From NCBI GenBank assembly GCA_963666205.1, contig OY762654.1, positions 1,440,001 to 1,504,000 of the forward strand: DNA of 64,000 nucleotides. Direction: 5' to 3'. The position numbers and the translations under genes were made by a program. Positions within the stretch are counted from its first letter, which is position 1; every line of letters begins with the position of its first letter. The notes below the pieces were generated by a model, which ran no database searches, had not been told where the DNA came from, and saw only the letters and a list, made by a program, of their open reading frames with translations. The DNA comes from Synergistales bacterium (GTDB lineage: Bacteria > Synergistota > Synergistia > Synergistales > JAFGMB01). Below are positions 29,553 to 39,375 of this stretch, piece after piece.

Positions 29553-30536
29553 CTATTTTTTCAGAACTTCTGGATTCAGAAGATCTGGCGGCGTCTTTCC
29601 TTCCAGCCCCGCAAGGAGGTTAGTCACTGCCTTGATGGCCATATCCTCTCTGGTCTTTGTACTTGCGCTTCCAAGGTGGGGCGTCATGGCGATGTTATCA
29701 AGCAGCAGAAGGGGGTCTTCGGCATCCATGGGCTCCTTCTCGAAAACATCCAGGCCGGCTCCGGCGATCCACTCCTCCTTCAAGGCTCTGGCAAGGGCTT
29801 TCTGATCAACGACAGGACCCCTGCTGGTATTGATGAGAATGGCTGTTTTCTTCATCATCTTCAGTTCCTTTTCTCCTATGAGACTCCTGGTCTCCGGAGA
29901 GAGGGGACAGTGAATAGATATAAAATCACAGGTTCCCAGGAGATCCTCAAAGGAAAGGAATGATATTCCCAGTTCTTTTTCCAGTTCCGGTCTCCTGTTC
30001 CTTCCTGTATAGCAAAGCTTCATATCAAAACCCTTTGCCCTCTTTGCCATTGCCTGGCCTATCCGGCCAAGGCCTATTATTCCAAGGGAGGATCCTGCCA
30101 CCTGCTGGCCCAGGAGCATTCTGGGACCCCAGTACCTCCAGCCTCCGGATCGCATGAGCCGTTCTCCTTCGCTCATCCTTCTGGCAGCCATAAGAAGAAG
30201 GCCAAAGGCCAGGTCTGCGGTCGCATCTGTGAGCACTCCAGGTGTATTGGTAACAAGGATGCCCTTCTCTGTGGCATAAGCCACATCTATATGATCGTAA
30301 CCCACGCTGTAACTGCTTATGATCCTCAGATTCCTGCCTGCATCAATTGCTTCCCGATCCATTTTTGTTGTCGCTCCAGGAATGGCTACCACTCCATCGG
30401 CAATGGAGATCTGTTCAAGAAAATACTCCCTTACAGGCGGCTCAATGTCTCTCCATATCTCAAAATTAGCCTTTGTCAGAAGCATATCGAGGCCTATATC
30501 GGGGATATTAGTCGCAATAAATACTCTTGGTAACAT
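29553..30536 (-). CDS. D-glycerate dehydrogenase / glyoxylate reductase (D-2-hydroxyacid dehydrogenase family)
   Basis: VGYDHID, GIIGLGRIG, INTSRG, GLDVFEKEP, PHLGSA. Confidence 0.92.
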   Translation of the reverse strand: MLPRVFIATNIPDIGLDMLLTKANFEIWRDIEPPVREYFLEQISIADGVVAIPGATTKMDREAIDAGRNLRIISSYSVGYDHIDVAYATEKGILVTNTPGVLTDATADLAFGLLLMAARRMSEGERLMRSGGWRYWGPRMLLGQQVAGSSLGIIGLGRIGQAMAKRAKGFDMKLCYTGRNRRPELEKELGISFLSFEDLLGTCDFISIHCPLSPETRSLIGEKELKMMKKTAILINTSRGPVVDQKALARALKEEWIAGAGLDVFEKEPMDAEDPLLLLDNIAMTPHLGSASTKTREDMAIKAVTNLLAGLEGKTPPDLLNPEVLKK

Positions 30537-30741
30537 GGAAGAGTCCCTCCAGTAACGGCATTCTGCCGGGCTGTCAGTATTATAACTTAACTTTTCGAAG
30601 TAGAGGATAAACGCAACGATTATACACTATACACGGTCAGGGTATTATCTAAATATTCCGAAAAAATATAATTGCTAAAACAATGTCAAGAGTTTACACT
30701 ATTCCCTATAATGCATCAAAACAATTTTAGGGGGGAATTTG

Positions 30742-31695
30742 ATGTTCAGGAAAGGTTTCAGCATCGCTTTTTGCGCTGCAGCGCTAGTCGGATTAATGGT
30801 TTGCTCCGCAGGAGCAGTGACATTTGTCAACATCGGAACGGGTAGCACGGGAGGTTCGTACTATCCGCTGGGAGCTACAATGGCCAAGATCTGGAACGAC
30901 CACATCGACGGGATCAAAGCCAGCGCACAGTCCACGGGGGGAACTGTGAACAATATCGAACTTATGGGAAGTAAAGAGGCTGATGCCGCATTCATGGACG
31001 GTCTCTATTATTATGCTTACCTGGGCAGAGGAAAGTACGAAAACAATCCTCAGAAATTCATAAGGGCAATGGTACCTCTCTATCCTGAACCAACCCAGCT
31101 TATGGTCGCCAAAGGCAGCGGGATCAAAACCCTCGCCGATTTCAGGGGCAAAAGAGTATCCATAGGCGCAGTCGCCAGTGGAACAGAGGTCACTGCAAAA
31201 CAGCTTTTAAAAGCAGCCGGAATAGATCCCGATAAGGATATCAAAGCCGAGAACCTGGGTGTAGGAGACACAGCCAAAGCATTCGGCGACAAACGCATTG
31301 ATGCAGCCGTCATGGTCGGATCCCTTGGCATGGCTGGAGTGGTAGAAGTAACTACTCTGGGACTGGTTGATTTTATCGATGTGCCGAAGGATGTCATGGA
31401 CAAGGTTATCAACGATACTCCCTACTGGGTTCCCTTCGATATCCCCGCGAACTACTACAAGGGACAGACGAACCCCGTAAAGACCTACGCAAGCTGGAAT
31501 ATTATAGCCATCAACGAAGCAGTGGATGCCGAACTTGTCTACAATATGACAAAATCGCTCTTTGAATGCAAGGAAGACCTCCTCGCAGTAAGGGCAAAAA
31601 TGGAAACAATGACTCAAGAGAACATCAAGTACATTCTTGTCCCCCTCCACGAGGGTGCAGAAAAATATTACAAGGAAGCAGGTGTTCTGAACTAG
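30742..31695 (+). CDS. TAXI-family TRAP solute-binding protein
   Basis: Signal peptide, GTGSTGGSYY, STGGTVNN, PLHEGAEKYY. Confidence 0.92.
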   Translation: MFRKGFSIAFCAAALVGLMVCSAGAVTFVNIGTGSTGGSYYPLGATMAKIWNDHIDGIKASAQSTGGTVNNIELMGSKEADAAFMDGLYYYAYLGRGKYENNPQKFIRAMVPLYPEPTQLMVAKGSGIKTLADFRGKRVSIGAVASGTEVTAKQLLKAAGIDPDKDIKAENLGVGDTAKAFGDKRIDAAVMVGSLGMAGVVEVTTLGLVDFIDVPKDVMDKVINDTPYWVPFDIPANYYKGQTNPVKTYASWNIIAINEAVDAELVYNMTKSLFECKEDLLAVRAKMETMTQENIKYILVPLHEGAEKYYKEAGVLN

Positions 31696-31711
31696 GAAGG
31701 AATAATATTCC

Positions 31712-31745
31712 AGGGGATAGATTCCGTAAGGTCTATCCCCTTTTT
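31712..31745 (+). terminator. Intergenic terminator/stabiliser after the TAXI SBP gene
   Basis: GGGGATAGATT..GGTCTATCCCC followed by a T-run. Confidence 0.65.
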
Positions 31746-31774
31746 CGTGCCTTATATGTAAAGGGGTGCAGTCA

Positions 31775-33757
31775 ATGGAAAAAATAGACAAGCCGGATGA
31801 TGCTCTTATCGTCGAAAAACAGACTTTTGAAGAAGAGGATATACAGCATCTGGTAGAACAATATGATGTTGAAAGCCGTTACAGGCGCCTTGAGGGATTA
31901 CAGGGGAAAATAGTGTCCTTGTGGCTGGTGGCCATGTCCTGTTTTCACATGTATACGGCAGGAATAGGTCTTCTCCCTACTTCCATTCACAGAGCGGTAC
32001 ATCTTACCTTCGCGATAGTAGCGGTTTTCCTTCTATACCCTGCTAAAATTACCATGAACAGGAACGCTATACCCTGGTATGACTGGATCCTGGCACTTTT
32101 TGGAGGCATAGGAACAGCCTACATAGTTTTTTTCTTCAACGTGATCGCGGAGAGAGGAGCACAAGTTCAGCCTCATGAGATCTGGTTGGGAATAATGACC
32201 ATTATCCTTGTCCTTGAAGCAGGAAGAAGGGTGGTTGGAAATGTCCTTCCCTGTCTGAGCACTCTATTTCTGCTTTACTGTTTTTTCGGAAGATATATGC
32301 CGGAAATGTTCATGCACAGGGGATACTCCATTTCAAGAATAATCCAGCATATGTACCTTACCCAGGAAGGAATATTCGGAGTAGCTCTGGGGGTTTCAAG
32401 TACTTTTGTCTTCATGTTCATCCTTTTCGGAGCCTTTCTCAGTAAAAGCGGAGGGGCAAGATTTTTCAATGAGCTTTCCCTTGCTGTTGCAGGCCATTCT
32501 CCCGGGGGCCCGGCAAAGGTGGCCATAGTTGCATCAGGAATGCTGGGAACGATCAACGGCTCTTCTGTTGCCAACGTTGCAACCACAGGTGCATTTACCA
32601 TACCGCTGATGAAAAAGGTGGGATATAAACCCGAGTTCGCCGGAGCCGTCGAAGCCTGCGCCTCTACAGGCGGACAGTTTATGCCGCCCATAATGGGAGC
32701 CGGAGCTTTCATCATGAGCGAATTTCTGGGTATTTCATACCTGAGAATAGCAGCAGCGGCAATAATTCCTGCCATCCTTTACTATTCTGCCCTGTTTATT
32801 GCCGTCCATATCCGGGCCAGGGACAAAAAACTGGAGGGACTTCCCCGGGAATCTCTACCAAGGATCAAGGAAGTCATGTCAAAAGATGGACACCTCCTTA
32901 TTCCGCTGGCAGTAATCATTTTCATGCTGCTGAGAAAATATACTCCCCTCGCCGCCGCCTTCTGGGGGATCCTTTCCGTACTGGGGGTAGCCCAGATCAG
33001 GCAGCATACCAGGATGGGTTTCAGATCCGTATTTAAAGCCATGGAAGAAGGTGCACGAGGAGCCCTGGGAGTTGCACTGGCATGTGCCCTCGTGGGTTTT
33101 GTCGTTGGGACATCCTCTCTGACAGCCCTTGGACTTACAATTTCCAACAACATCATAGAAATAGCAGGGGGAAGACTCCTTCTTACCCTGGTAATGGCCA
33201 TGGTGGCATGCCTTGTGCTGGGAATGGGGCTTCCCACAACAGCCAACTACATTGTCACCAGCACCATGATAGCCCCTGCACTCATCAAGATGAGCGTTCT
33301 CCCCCTGGCAGCACATCTCTTTGTCTTTTATTTCGGGATAATGGCTGACCTTACACCCCCGGTATGTCTTGCCGCATTTACAGGTGCCGGAATAGCGGGT
33401 GGAAATCCGAGCCAGACCGGCTTTAACGCCACAAGGATAGCCATGGTAGCCTATCTGATACCCTATACATTTATCTACAGCCCCATGATACTCCTTGAAA
33501 ATCCAAGTATGGTACCCCTTATGATCCTTGTATTTTCAGCCTTTACAGGAGTTATAGGATTGGCGGCAGCTCTTCAGGGATGGATGTTCATACGATTGAA
33601 TTCCATGATCAGGCTTATCTTCCTCTGCTGTTCCATAGCAGCATTTCTTCCTGGAACTGCTTTCAAGATCGGGGGCACCATGTCAATGGGAATTCTCTTC
33701 ATTATTCTGAAAAAGTGGTCAAGCCGGGGAACCGAACTCGAATTACAGGAGGGATAG
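31775..33757 (+). CDS. TRAP fused permease (4TM/12TM)
   Basis: GGPAKVA, GSSVANV, ASTGGQFMPP, GMGLPTTANY, TPPVCLAAF. Confidence 0.93.
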   Translation: MEKIDKPDDALIVEKQTFEEEDIQHLVEQYDVESRYRRLEGLQGKIVSLWLVAMSCFHMYTAGIGLLPTSIHRAVHLTFAIVAVFLLYPAKITMNRNAIPWYDWILALFGGIGTAYIVFFFNVIAERGAQVQPHEIWLGIMTIILVLEAGRRVVGNVLPCLSTLFLLYCFFGRYMPEMFMHRGYSISRIIQHMYLTQEGIFGVALGVSSTFVFMFILFGAFLSKSGGARFFNELSLAVAGHSPGGPAKVAIVASGMLGTINGSSVANVATTGAFTIPLMKKVGYKPEFAGAVEACASTGGQFMPPIMGAGAFIMSEFLGISYLRIAAAAIIPAILYYSALFIAVHIRARDKKLEGLPRESLPRIKEVMSKDGHLLIPLAVIIFMLLRKYTPLAAAFWGILSVLGVAQIRQHTRMGFRSVFKAMEEGARGALGVALACALVGFVVGTSSLTALGLTISNNIIEIAGGRLLLTLVMAMVACLVLGMGLPTTANYIVTSTMIAPALIKMSVLPLAAHLFVFYFGIMADLTPPVCLAAFTGAGIAGGNPSQTGFNATRIAMVAYLIPYTFIYSPMILLENPSMVPLMILVFSAFTGVIGLAAALQGWMFIRLNSMIRLIFLCCSIAAFLPGTAFKIGGTMSMGILFIILKKWSSRGTELELQEG

Positions 33758-33776
33758 CTGTCTTGTCGGGAAAAGA

Positions 33777-34349
33777 TCACTCCATCATCTCAAAGAGTAC
33801 ATGAAAGCTTTGAACAGTTTCCTTTGCTCCTCTCCGGAATCTTGTAAAAAGAAAGTAGACCAGAAAGGGCGGCCATAGTACATGGATCATCTGAAAGACC
33901 TGAAGGGTCTGCCATCTTAAGGCCGGAACGCTGCTTGAGAGGGCAAAAAACCATACGATCAGGGAGATGCCGAATATAAAAAGAGGTTCCACTACAAGGA
34001 CAAGGATCGCCATTATTGTGACCATAACCCTTTTGAGCCCTGTCATATCAAGAACAGAGGACAGACTGGAACCAGCATCTTTTTTTTCGATACTCATCTG
34101 AAGACGGGACAGGCCGATCTTCATCACAAGGGCTCCGTCCCCTGTTCTGGTGACGGGAAATTTTTCAGACAGACGAAGGGAGATCTCCCTGAGCGCTTTT
34201 TCGGATCCTATCTGCAGATTATCAGTCCTCGCCGACAAAAGGCGGGGACTTTCCCTTATGGAGAGAAAAAGGAATATGGAAAATATCCAGGACAGGATCC
34301 CGCAGGATACCGCTGCAAGCCAGATGATCCACGAAAGGACCGGGGTCAT
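33777..34349 (-). CDS. Hypothetical membrane protein
   Basis: GGAGG RBS, three hydrophobic segments. Confidence 0.6.
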   Translation of the reverse strand: MTPVLSWIIWLAAVSCGILSWIFSIFLFLSIRESPRLLSARTDNLQIGSEKALREISLRLSEKFPVTRTGDGALVMKIGLSRLQMSIEKKDAGSSLSSVLDMTGLKRVMVTIMAILVLVVEPLFIFGISLIVWFFALSSSVPALRWQTLQVFQMIHVLWPPFLVYFLFTRFRRGAKETVQSFHVLFEMME

Positions 34350-34461
34350 GATATACCTCCAGGAAATAAAGTTTCCAAGTGTTTCAATATTAATATAATT
34401 CAGTATAATAAAAAAGAGCAGATAAAGTCTTCTAGAGTGCAGAGAAGAAGGATGCGATAAT

Positions 34462-35580
34462 ATGAGACCGGTCAATCTTTTCTATATCACTGCAGGAAGC
34501 GGACACAGATCAGCAGCAGATGCGCTGAGGGAAGCCCTTGATGAAAGAGATATACCCAGCGTCCTTCTGGATATACTTTCCTTTTCCAACAAGCTTTTCA
34601 AATGGACCTACAGCGATGGTTATGAATTCGCCAGTGAACATGCCCAAATAGCCCTTAAAGGTCTTTATAAGCTGACCAACCAGGACAGGGACTCGAGCAA
34701 CCTCGTCCAGTTCCTTGAAGAATTCAACACCAGGAACGTGGAAGGCTTTCTTGAATATATAAGGGATAATCCCCTTGTATCTTCCATATGTACTCATTTT
34801 TTCCCCGCCTATGTTCTCTCTAAACTTAAAAACGAAGGAGCTTATAGTGGGAAGATCTATGTGAACATTACCGATTACGGGTTTCATAAAATGTGGTACA
34901 TGGAGGGAATAGACAGGTATTTTGTGGCCAGTGATAACGTAAAGCAGAAACTGTTGGAGATGGGCGCGGAAGAAAACCGAATTTCCCTTTCCGGTATACC
35001 CATTTCCCGAAGATTCAGCAACATTGAAGACCCTGAAAAGATCCTTGGGGAGAACAACCTGGACGGGCGAAAATTTACCCTGCTTTTCATTACCAGCTCC
35101 ATATCTGACAGCGTGGCACTCAGGATACTGGATAACCTTTATCTTTCGGATATGGAAATGAACATCCTGGTCGTTGCAGGTCGGAACAGAGATCTTTTTT
35201 CCAGCCTTGCCACCTATCATTCCCAGAACGGCATCACCTTTCGCAAGTATGAATTCATCGACAACATGGATGAACTAATGTCGATCTCCGACCTCCTGAT
35301 AACCAAACCGGGAGGACTTACGGTAAGTGAGGCACTAAGCAGCGGATTACCCCTTCTCATGTTCAGGCCTATCCCCTACCAGGAAACCAATAACGCATCA
35401 CACGTTGAAGAAATAGGTGCAGGAGTTCTTGCGGTCAATGAAGTGGAGATCATGGAAATAATCGAAAAACTTTACTTCAATCCCCACATGCTCGAAACAA
35501 TGAAGACAAACTGCCTGAAAAATGCCTGCCCCTTTGCCGCAGACACCATCATTGAAAGCATAATGGAAGACCTGGATTAA
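34462..35580 (+). CDS. GT28 diacylglycerol glycosyltransferase, copy 2
   Basis: Same motifs as 7358-8479; clear paralogue. Confidence 0.88.
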   Translation: MRPVNLFYITAGSGHRSAADALREALDERDIPSVLLDILSFSNKLFKWTYSDGYEFASEHAQIALKGLYKLTNQDRDSSNLVQFLEEFNTRNVEGFLEYIRDNPLVSSICTHFFPAYVLSKLKNEGAYSGKIYVNITDYGFHKMWYMEGIDRYFVASDNVKQKLLEMGAEENRISLSGIPISRRFSNIEDPEKILGENNLDGRKFTLLFITSSISDSVALRILDNLYLSDMEMNILVVAGRNRDLFSSLATYHSQNGITFRKYEFIDNMDELMSISDLLITKPGGLTVSEALSSGLPLLMFRPIPYQETNNASHVEEIGAGVLAVNEVEIMEIIEKLYFNPHMLETMKTNCLKNACPFAADTIIESIMEDLD

Positions 35581-35699
35581 TATCAGCTATTGATGGGTAT
35601 GAATTTTTTTCAGATCCAATGTCTTTCAACCTTTCTTTAAATACTATCCCGGAAGGCTTTTTTAAATCGTGCTATTGACAAAAATTATCAGCTCGTATT

Positions 35700-35721
35700 A
35701 TACCTATAGGGTGTAGGGTAT
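35700..35721. promoter_or_regulatory. CsoR/CstR-type operator candidate
   Basis: ATACCTATAGGGTGTAGGGTAT overlapping the -10 region of a TTGACA (35675) promoter. Confidence 0.5.
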
Positions 35722-35778
35722 TTCATTCAATAAGTTATAAAGTTCACATGCAGTGTGACCATTAGAGGAGGAGAAGAA

Positions 35779-37467
35779 ATGAGCAAAAGAATTCTTATCG
35801 TTGGAGGAGTCGCCTGCGGAGGTAAAACCGCCGCGCGCCTTATGAGGATAGATCCCGAAGCTGAAGTGACCATGCTGGAGAAGGGGGAATATCTGAGTTA
35901 TGCAGGATGCGGCCTTCCATACTATGTGGGTGGAGTGGTCCATGAATACAAGGACCTCCTTTCCACAGCCATCGGAGTAGTGAGGGACGAGAACTATTTC
36001 CGAAAGGTCAAGAACGTTGAGGTAAAGACAAAACACATGGCCACAAAGATCGACCGGGAAAAGAAAGAGGTCACAGCCCTGGATCTTGCAAGCGGAGAAG
36101 AGAAGATCTTTCCCTACGACAAGCTGGTCCTTGCAACAGGTGCAAGTCCTGTAAAACCACCCATTCCAGGTTCAGACCTGAACAGGGTCTTCACCCTGTG
36201 GACCATGCCCGATGCACTGGGCATGAGAGCCGCCCTTGACAGCGGAAAAATAAAGAAAGCTGTGGTAGTTGGAGCAGGTCTAATAGGTATGGAAGTAGTG
36301 GAAGCCCTTCATGACAGGGGTGTGGAGGTCTCCGTTGTGGACTTCCTTCGCTCTCCTCTACCCGCCCTTGTGGATGAGGAATTTGGAAACAGGGTGAATT
36401 GTGTACTGAAGTGCAAGGGAATAAACTTCTACGGCGGCGAAAAAGTGGTTGAAATCCTTGGAGAGGAAGGTTACGTTACCGGAGTAAAGACAGATAAACG
36501 TGAGCTTGAGGCAGATATGATCCTTATGGCTATCGGTGTAAGGCCCAATACCATCCTCGCAAAGGAAGCCGGGCTCGAGATGGGTGATTTCGGTGCCATA
36601 GCTGTGGATTCCCACATGCGCACCAGCGATCCCGATATATACTCCGGAGGAGACTGTGCCATAGGACGACACATCGTTACCGGTAAGCCCTGCTGGCAGC
36701 CCATGGGCTCCACGGCCAACCGCCAGGGAAGGGTCATAGCCGACAATATCGCAGGCAAGGGGACATGCTTCAAAGGTGTCCAGAGTACGGCCATAATGAA
36801 ACTCTTCGAGTACACGGTAGGAAAGACAGGGCTTACGGAAGAGCAGGCCCGTGATAACGGTTTCGATGCCGTTTCCATGACTATCGTTGACCCCGACAAG
36901 CCTCACTTCATGCCCCAGGGCGGAGTGGTCATGATAAAACTGGTGGCGGACAGGTGGTCCAGAAAAGTGCTGGGAGCCCAGTCCTTCGGAACAGGCAAGA
37001 TAGACAAGCGTCTGGATGTCCTGGTAGCTGCTGTTAACGGCGGACTGACCATAGACGACCTGGCAGACCTGGATATAGCTTACGCTCCGCCCTTCACTAC
37101 TGCTCTCGATCCGGTAACCCATGCAGCCAATTCCCTGAAGAACAAGATGGACGGCCTGGTTAAGACCTATTCCGCCTCCGAGCTCAAAAAGAAGATGGAC
37201 GATGGAGATAACCCCGTTCTGGTGGACCTCAGGACCCAGCCGGAGATAGAATCACAGGGACAGCTTCCCTACGAACAGGTGGTCCATATCCCCCTGGGAC
37301 AGTTCTGGGAAAAGGCTCCGGAACTACCGAAAGACAGGGAGATAATAACCTATTGCAAGGTCTCCATAAGGGGATGGGACGCTTATACCATTCTCAACAG
37401 GCTCGGATTCAAAAAGATCGCTTTACTCGAAGGCGGAATTCTCGGCTGGCCTTTTGAAAAGAAATAG
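35779..37467 (+). CDS. CoA-disulfide/persulfide reductase with C-terminal rhodanese domain
   Basis: GGVACG, SYAGC active site, GAGLIG, AYAPPF, rhodanese YCKVSIRG. Confidence 0.92.
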   Translation: MSKRILIVGGVACGGKTAARLMRIDPEAEVTMLEKGEYLSYAGCGLPYYVGGVVHEYKDLLSTAIGVVRDENYFRKVKNVEVKTKHMATKIDREKKEVTALDLASGEEKIFPYDKLVLATGASPVKPPIPGSDLNRVFTLWTMPDALGMRAALDSGKIKKAVVVGAGLIGMEVVEALHDRGVEVSVVDFLRSPLPALVDEEFGNRVNCVLKCKGINFYGGEKVVEILGEEGYVTGVKTDKRELEADMILMAIGVRPNTILAKEAGLEMGDFGAIAVDSHMRTSDPDIYSGGDCAIGRHIVTGKPCWQPMGSTANRQGRVIADNIAGKGTCFKGVQSTAIMKLFEYTVGKTGLTEEQARDNGFDAVSMTIVDPDKPHFMPQGGVVMIKLVADRWSRKVLGAQSFGTGKIDKRLDVLVAAVNGGLTIDDLADLDIAYAPPFTTALDPVTHAANSLKNKMDGLVKTYSASELKKKMDDGDNPVLVDLRTQPEIESQGQLPYEQVVHIPLGQFWEKAPELPKDREIITYCKVSIRGWDAYTILNRLGFKKIALLEGGILGWPFEKK

Positions 37468-37477
37468 TTAACTTATT

Positions 37478-37527
37478 GAAATAAAAAAGGGGCTCTTCCA
37501 GAGTTGGAAAAGCCCCTTTTTTATTTC
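37478..37527. terminator. Bidirectional terminator
   Basis: AAAAAAGGGGCT..AGCCCCTTTTTT. Confidence 0.85.
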
Positions 37528-37556
37528 GAGGAATTCTTTCTATACCAGATTAAAGG

Positions 37557-37941
37557 ATGGTAAAATCATTACGAATTACCAGGAGCTGGATAAAAACTGA
37601 AATGTCTATCCTGCCCGGAGGATCCAGAAAACAGAAAATTCCGAAGGACCAAAAAAAATCTTTTTCCACCATTTGCTGTTGCAGCTTCGTATTTCTAAAA
37701 GGACAGGGCCAATACGTTGAGACAGAAGCCGGAACATGATTCACACTATATACCAGATAATGCCGGTATGGGTTACACATTAATGGCCAATCTTTTTCCA
37801 GGAGAAATCTTTGGGAAGATAGCCATGCTGGAGGGCGCTATACCGGGCTGCCCTTCGAAAAGAAATCCTTCCGATATACAGAGGGTTTCAAATGTTGCAT
37901 GCCATCTCTGCATATTGTATAATCCGGTCGATTGCAGTTAA
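37557..37941 (+). pseudogene. Possible degraded cNMP-binding (Crp/Fnr-like) gene fragments
   Basis: Short broken ORFs; LFPGEIFGKIAMLEG resembles the PGD.FGE.AL motif. Confidence 0.3.
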
Positions 37942-37983
37942 TATCTGATGAAACAATTTTTCTTGACTAGGAGGGAATTTCTT

Positions 37984-38151
37984 ATGGCAGCAAAGATCGA
38001 CAAAGATACATGCGTAGGTTGCGAAACCTGTGTTGGAACCTGTCCTGTAGAGGCTATTTCCATGGTTGATGGCAAAGCTGAGGTTAACGACAGCTGCGTC
38101 GAATGCGGCGCCTGTGTTTCCGTTTGCCCCGTAGAGGCTATTTCTGTATAG
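37984..38151 (+). CDS. 2[4Fe-4S] ferredoxin
   Basis: Two CxxCxxCxxxCP motifs in 55 aa; GGAGG RBS. Confidence 0.95.
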   Translation: MAAKIDKDTCVGCETCVGTCPVEAISMVDGKAEVNDSCVECGACVSVCPVEAISV

Positions 38152-38173
38152 CATAGGCTCTAAGCAAGTTAGA

Positions 38174-38216
38174 TATAAGAAAAGGACTGCCCCCAAAGGC
38201 AGTCCTTTTCTTATAT
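38174..38216. terminator. Bidirectional terminator after ferredoxin
   Basis: TATAAGAAAAGGACTGCC..GGCAGTCCTTTTCTTATA. Confidence 0.85.
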
Positions 38217-38234
38217 AGAGGTCAGAAAGAGATT

Positions 38235-38498
38235 AAAAAGGGAATCCCTAAAGGGGGGCGGGATTCCCTTGGATTCGAGGTCGGAAAAGGTTGAATTATC
38301 CTTTTTATGGAACCTGCCAGAAGATATTTTTAAAAGACTTTTGCGTGCCCGGAGGTGGGGGTATCTACTCCGGAAAAGTTTTATAAAAATAGCCCTGTAA
38401 AACAAGGTCCATTCTATTAGAGGGGGGGAACCACAGTAATAGAAAATAGCAACATTTTCTCGACACTCTAGCCTGAACAAGCAGGCAAAACGAATAAT
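38235..38498 (-). ncRNA. Candidate structured sRNA A (~265 nt)
   Basis: Own promoter TTGACA-17-TAAAAT (38533-38505) and own terminator (38270-38235); no RBS-led ORF; C-rich loops. Confidence 0.6.
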
Positions 38499-38603
38499 GT
38501 AGGGATTTTATACGTGGATGTGTATTTTGTCAAGTTTAGCTTTTGCATATTTATTAGTTTATTTTGATACTACCAGACTTATCGTTTTATACCGTGGAAC
38601 AGT

Positions 38604-38902
38604 AAAAAAGGCCCAGCCTATGAACTGGGCCTTTTCTGATAAGAAGTAGAGGTATGATCGCGATAATGGCGTTATCGGCAAAATTAACGGGTCAAGGAGA
38701 GAGGTTATTACCCTTTTTTTAACAAAGGTAAAGGGGGAATTTGCGTGCTCCAGGAGGCAGATCCGGATAACCTTCGGGGAAAAGGGCCGAATCCTTGGCG
38801 GTAATAACCTCTTGAAATAAACCTTGAAACCCAAATAACGTAAGGGGGAACCAAACGTTCAAAGAGTATGCTTCATATATTTTCAAAGCTCGTTCTTTGT
38901 TG
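38604..38902 (-). ncRNA. Candidate structured sRNA B (~300 nt)
   Basis: Own promoter TTGACA-17-TAAAGT (38937-38909) and terminator (38635-38604); 12-bp long-range stem; motifs shared with A. Confidence 0.6.
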
Positions 38903-39227
38903 GCGTATACTTTATACTGCATATATAATTTTGTCAACCGTATTTTTGGCTTTTTTGTAAAGATAAAGTAAAATTAGGGTTTTAAAGAATAGTTAATGTA
39001 TGCTGAATAAACCCCTAAATTGAACACTCCGTTACGAAATTAACGCCTTTTAAAATGAAGATCTCCAGCCTTTGAAATGAAAGCAATAACCGGAAACTAC
39101 CTTTGACGGGTATACAACGAGAAATCGGGGATATTGTCAAAAACCTGAAACTTCAGGTACTTCACGGAGGGGAAGGCTTCGACAATATCCCCGGAGATAG
39201 GGGGTAAAGAACTCTTTTCTCCCTTCC

Positions 39228-39335
39228 CTATCGAAGACAGGGAAGATATGGGGGGGTATTGGGGAAAGAAAGTTCCCTTGCTCCTGTTTCTTTCTTTTTT
39301 CCTGCCTTCTGTTTTTCATCTTTGATCTGTGCCAT
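39228..39335 (-). CDS. Small ORF, 35 aa (MAQIKDEKQKAGKKKETGARELSFPNTPPYLPCLR)
   Basis: GGGAGGT RBS upstream of ATG; may be a truncated gene. Confidence 0.4.
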   Translation of the reverse strand: MAQIKDEKQKAGKKKETGARELSFPNTPPYLPCLR

Positions 39336-39375
39336 TTCTATAGACCTCCCTGATATTTTTCGTTTATATCTGCTT

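Noticed and set aside
29401-29805. 134-aa plus-strand ORF
   Set aside because: Runs through a hairpin and antisense into the glyoxylate reductase gene; no motifs
38330-38760. c-di-GMP-I riboswitch suggested by GCACGCAAA in both RNA units
   Set aside because: No upstream GGCAAA, GNRA tetraloop or receptor, and no downstream gene before the terminators
38420-38856. T-box suggested by plus-strand GGGGGAACCAC/A
   Set aside because: The essential UGG bulge is GGG, no stem I is seen, and promoters and terminators point to the minus strand
38211-38937. ORF-track proteins 38211-38480, 38559-38834 and 38719-38937
   Set aside because: No RBS, they run through promoters or terminators, and have no recognisable motifs
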